Source: Catajapyx aquilonaris (taxonomy: Eukaryota). Taken from it: DNA of 39,664 nt. The stretch is from contig KZ538932.1 of NCBI GenBank assembly GCA_000934665.2, positions 1 to 39,664 on the forward strand, written 5' to 3'. The stretch's first letter is position 1. The number at the start of each line of letters is the position of its first letter. Positions 35,681-39,664 of this stretch are shown here, one piece after another. The position numbers and the translations under genes are program-made. Below the pieces are notes generated by a model. That model made no database searches. It was given only the letters and a program-made list of their open reading frames with translations, and was not told the DNA's origin.

Positions 35681-36372
35681 GATAACTTGCTTCTGCAAAT
35701 GTTTTCTAGGATGCAACAAGCCTTTTTCTGAGCCTGTCATTACACTCTTATTTCCTAACTACATCAAAAATCATGGTAAGATTTATGAAAAAAGTCTAGC
35801 TCTTAAAGATGTGTCAATCTGGTTAAGATTTGAACCAAACAATGCAGTACAAATGTCTTGAAAATGTCAACTGCTTTCCGCAGTTGTAGTGCCATGTACC
35901 AAGCATTTTTTTAAATGTCCTACTTGTGAATAAAAGTGTGGTTTTATTAGGAAACTGAGTATTTTCAGGGCTGATGACTTCTCTGCTCATTTAATGAAAA
36001 ACTCATATTGGCTTTTAATATGTAACACAAGGTTAACACTGATGCAATGTTGAAAGCATTAACAGTGCCCTTCAGGGTGATAATTGCAAAGTAATTCAAG
36101 ACTCTGCCTGCCAGTTTCATTTAGTTTTGCTTACATGCTTACCATCTTCTTAAGGCCAGTTAGCTCTGGAGAAGTGAGCCCCTGATTGATCAACACAAGA
36201 CTCAAGTCCCCTCTCAAGTTTCCACAACTACATCAACTTGATTCTTGCCTGACCCCTTTCTAGTTTCATATATTTCTGACATTTTTATTTATTTCTTTGG
36301 AATGCCGGACATTTTAAAATGATGGTGTATGTTGTGTGTGATGAGCACACTCACACAGATTAACCATCGATC

Positions 36373-36524
36373 TAGTCCTTAAACCAAAGAACGATATGAC
36401 GTCACGGCCCCACCAGGCTCTTCCCTCCTATCATGTCCCTGAATTGCTCTGCAAGCATACTGCTGCACATGCTCATAAAACACGGCTGGTGTGACGTCAT
36501 ATTGTTCTTTGGTTTAAAGGACTG
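36373..36524. mobile_element. small MITE
   Basis: AGTCCTTAAACCAAAGAACGATATGACGTCAC arm and inverted copy. Confidence 0.7.
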
Positions 36525-36670
36525 TAGTGTCGACATTCTAGGAGTGATGATCTAATTGGAATTAGATTCAAGCTCCCTTCCCAGAGAAGCAAGGGAGACA
36601 TTACGTAAAAATATGATACTAGTACAGTTGAATCCAATATAGAAGTGTCTGCTATAAGCAACTCTCAGTT

Positions 36671-37267
36671 GGACAGTGTTATGCAACAAGGAACCAACCC
36701 TCATTTTTTCAAGATTTCCATATTGTGCATTGCTGACCAGCTAACAGCTTCACACATGTCCTGCAATAAAGAACCAAGCCTGCCCTGCATGGCGCTGCCC
36801 TCTAGGGGGGCACGAACCAAGCCACACCACTGTGGTTGACTATAACACGTACTGCAACAAGGAACCAACACATTCAAAATACCGGTAGTACAGGCCTGGT
36901 TCCTTTTTGCACATCGTAGACCGTTTGACCTACATGAACATAATCGTAGAAACATACGTCAATGCAGGATATTATGGAATGCTGTATGGTGTTCACAATA
37001 CTATTGACATAGTTAGTAATATGACTTCCAGACATGTTACATTAAAGAAATGAGAACCAATCCTCATTTTGGGGGTTTACCGTTACCTACTAGAATGGTC
37101 TTATATTTCTCAAACACCTTCATTTAAGTTGTAATGATACCTATGTTCTACACTGAGGCCTTTATGAATATTTTAATCCCCCCCTTTTTAAAGACAAGTT
37201 AAACTTAACTGTACTTTCTGGACAATCATACTTCTGTTGGTTGGTTCCTTGTTGCATAACACCGTCC
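36671..37267. mobile_element. Sola-like non-autonomous element
   Basis: 4-bp TSD AGTT; 29-bp TIR with 1 mismatch; internal GCAACAAGGAACCAA subrepeats. Confidence 0.75.
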
Positions 37268-37859
37268 AGTTACAGCCACCTCAAAAGGCTGCTCCTGGCA
37301 TACTTCCATATAATTATGGCCTGTGTATTTAGTTATAGGAAACCACGGTCATAGGATACTGATTGCCGCTCGTGAAGTCTCTTATATCCCAAGTTTACTT
37401 AATCATGTATCTGCTATCAACTTTTTTTTTAAAATCGAAATGAAGTTTTTTTAAGTAAATATGTCTAGGGGGGGGGGGGGNGGGGTCAAGTGGAGGAAGT
37501 CTGATCTGGAGGGATTAAAAAATGACCCAAATGCTGCAGTGTGGATATCGTTTGTGTAACGGCCACACAAACCACACCAAACTTAATATACAATGTTCAC
37601 TCTTTGTTCACATGGGTTTTCTCTTGGTTCTCCTGTTCCTTCCCACTTTCAAAATCCATCAGCAAGGCAGTGACTCATAAAGTTTGGTAATCCGTAAGAG
37701 GGCACACCAGTCATGGTGTAGCCATTGCAACTACAAGATACCCTCTACCTTAGTGCGCAGTACATTGCCAAGGATGATCAATCCATCAACTCTTTCCTGA
37801 CACCCCTCTTAGGATTGTCAACTTGAGTACACACTGTATATTCACTCCTTTTTAAAAAA

Positions 37860-38100
37860 TACCCTGTGATGGGGCCTTGGGGCCTTTTCAGGGGGGAGTT
37901 CCCAAGGGAGTGCGCTCTTAATTTGTTTCTGGTCATTTCTGACCCTCTTAAACACCAGACCTTTTCTCTGGGCCCTGGGCAGAGAAGGGAGTGCAATTCT
38001 GCCCGGACATGTCAGGTGAAAAGCGGAAAAAGACCAGACCAGCAAAGATGACGGGGACGAGATTTGAACTCCGGACCTCCCGCTTGGCTGGCCAGTAGCA
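37860..38100 (-). mobile_element. probable SINE remnant
   Basis: minus-strand tRNA-like head with B-box-like GAGTTCAAATCTC at ~38059-38071. Confidence 0.4.
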
Positions 38101-38299
38101 CAGCCCCCCCCCCCCCTCTGTACATTCACCTATTAATTAGCAATTGTCAAATATAATTTGTCACCTAATGTCAGGTAGTTCATTTTCACTCATTCACTTG
38201 AAATTCACAGAACTCGGGAAGTCACGGAAATCCAATATTCAGTACTGAACATTCACTGCACATTCATGTGTTTCTGGGAGAAGTATTGCAATATTGGTG

Positions 38300-38866
38300 T
38301 AGAAAGGACATGGTGAGGTTCTTTAGGAAAAGTTGGGTCAGTTGATAAACCTTGACCTTAGCGTCAATTGCTCCAAAGGTCAAAGAAAATATACCTGCCA
38401 TTGGCTGCTTGAGACCGTCAAGGTCAGACTTTCAGGTGGCTCCCATTGGGCTCATTTTCATGTATGCTGTCCAGTTTCACGAGCTGAGTTGGATGCACCA
38501 TGTGGTAATTTTCTGTGACAAACCATTTGGCTGCTAGACGTACAACTGAATAAGTCAACATCAGACCTTGAACTGGGATTGTAACTGGGATTATAAGTGC
38601 CACACAACACTACCTGCCAAATCACAGAATCGCCATATGACGCATTCAACTCAGTTTGAGAAACTATGCAACATGTGTGAAATTTAGCCCCACAGGAACC
38701 ACCTGAAAGTCCCAACTTTGAGCACCTTTAACAACCAAAGAGCATGGGTAGATTTTCTTTAGCCTTCAAACAAGTGACCCTAAGGTCAAGGTCTATCAAC
38801 TGGCCTAGTTTCAGCCTAATCCATCTTACCCAACTTTTCCCATAAGGACCCCACCATGTTCTTTAC
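38300..38866. repeat. old diverged foldback element
   Basis: 38300-38530 is inverted-similar to 38613-38866. Confidence 0.7.
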
Positions 38867-39664
38867 TGTATGCAAAACTACATTCAATATTAATGTCATA
38901 TGCAGCAGATTTTACAAAAAAATAAGTCATCCTTTTTAGACCAGCAAGTAGCCAAAAAATGACCAGGTACAGTGTGTTTCCATTGAAGTTTTCCAAGTAC
39001 AGATAGCCCCTGTTTTACAATGTTTCACATTATTGACTTCTCAAAACGTTAATGCAAACTACAAGTTAGTCTCCAAGGAAACAATAGAAATATCAATGGA
39101 AACTAGATCTGTTGTTTGCTTATCTTTCATTCATACAACTTGTTCTTTTTCAGTTAAAATCAACATTTTTATTTTCTTTGAGGAAAGATATCTTCCAGGA
39201 TTGATTTTGTTGTGAGGCACATTAATCTCGAATTGAAAGTGGCTCCTAATAATATTAGATGAAAAAGTGAAACTCAGTTTTTAAATAAATGTTCTTTGAA
39301 TGGTGAAAAGCTGGGCTTGAAAGTTGAGAATTTGCAATTTTTTGCATTTGAAATGGCAACAGAAGGTGCTAGGAACCTGCCAAAATTTTATTTTCATTTT
39401 TATGACAATCGTAAGTGATGGCCGATTTTTTCAGTCACATATTGTTCACTGAAACATATATTTAAGAAAATCAATGATGGTTGAACAGTGTTGCAACACT
39501 TCAAAGGTGTATTACTACAGGCATTCTGGATGGTGATATTGCCCTTGCAATTACTTCAGATGTCTGGTACAGTGCTGGACACAATAGCATATAACAAGTG
39601 TAAACAACGACTTTGGCGTTACCTGGCAACTGGTCGTGTTCGGACATCGTCATGTGGAGAGTGC

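Noticed and set aside
34239..35740. antisense ORFs over the LRR gene
   Set aside because: Shadow ORFs with no motifs
1..39664. CRISPR arrays or prokaryotic systems
   Set aside because: No regularly spaced direct repeats or operons; the DNA is eukaryotic with spliceosomal introns

Overview
Animal genomic DNA, probably arthropod, with spliceosomal introns and a very dense load of short transposons. Three protein-coding genes are supported. (1) A multi-exon TTLL5 tubulin polyglutamylase on the minus strand, with ten phase-consistent exons traced from 29260 to 15586; its N-terminal exons were not found and its C-terminal exons are uncertain. (2) The first coding exon and promoter of RalGAP alpha (RALGAPA1/2 family) on the minus strand at 2912-3017; it is absent from the ORF track. 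(3) An uninterrupted 545-aa leucine-rich-repeat CDS on the plus strand (34043-35680) with a BC-box-like N-terminus, probably nested antisense in a TTLL5 intron. Introns and intergenic DNA hold over 25 MITE/foldback elements (piggyBac-, Kolobok-, Tc1/mariner/pogo-, hAT-, Harbinger-, Sola- and Merlin-like ends) and several tRNA-derived SINEs, often nested. The most notable observation is that this TTLL5 has Gln (KPVASSQGRG) where TTLL5/TTLL4 initiases have Arg and TTLL6-type elongases have Gln. Protein-family calls rest on recalled sequences, not database searches.
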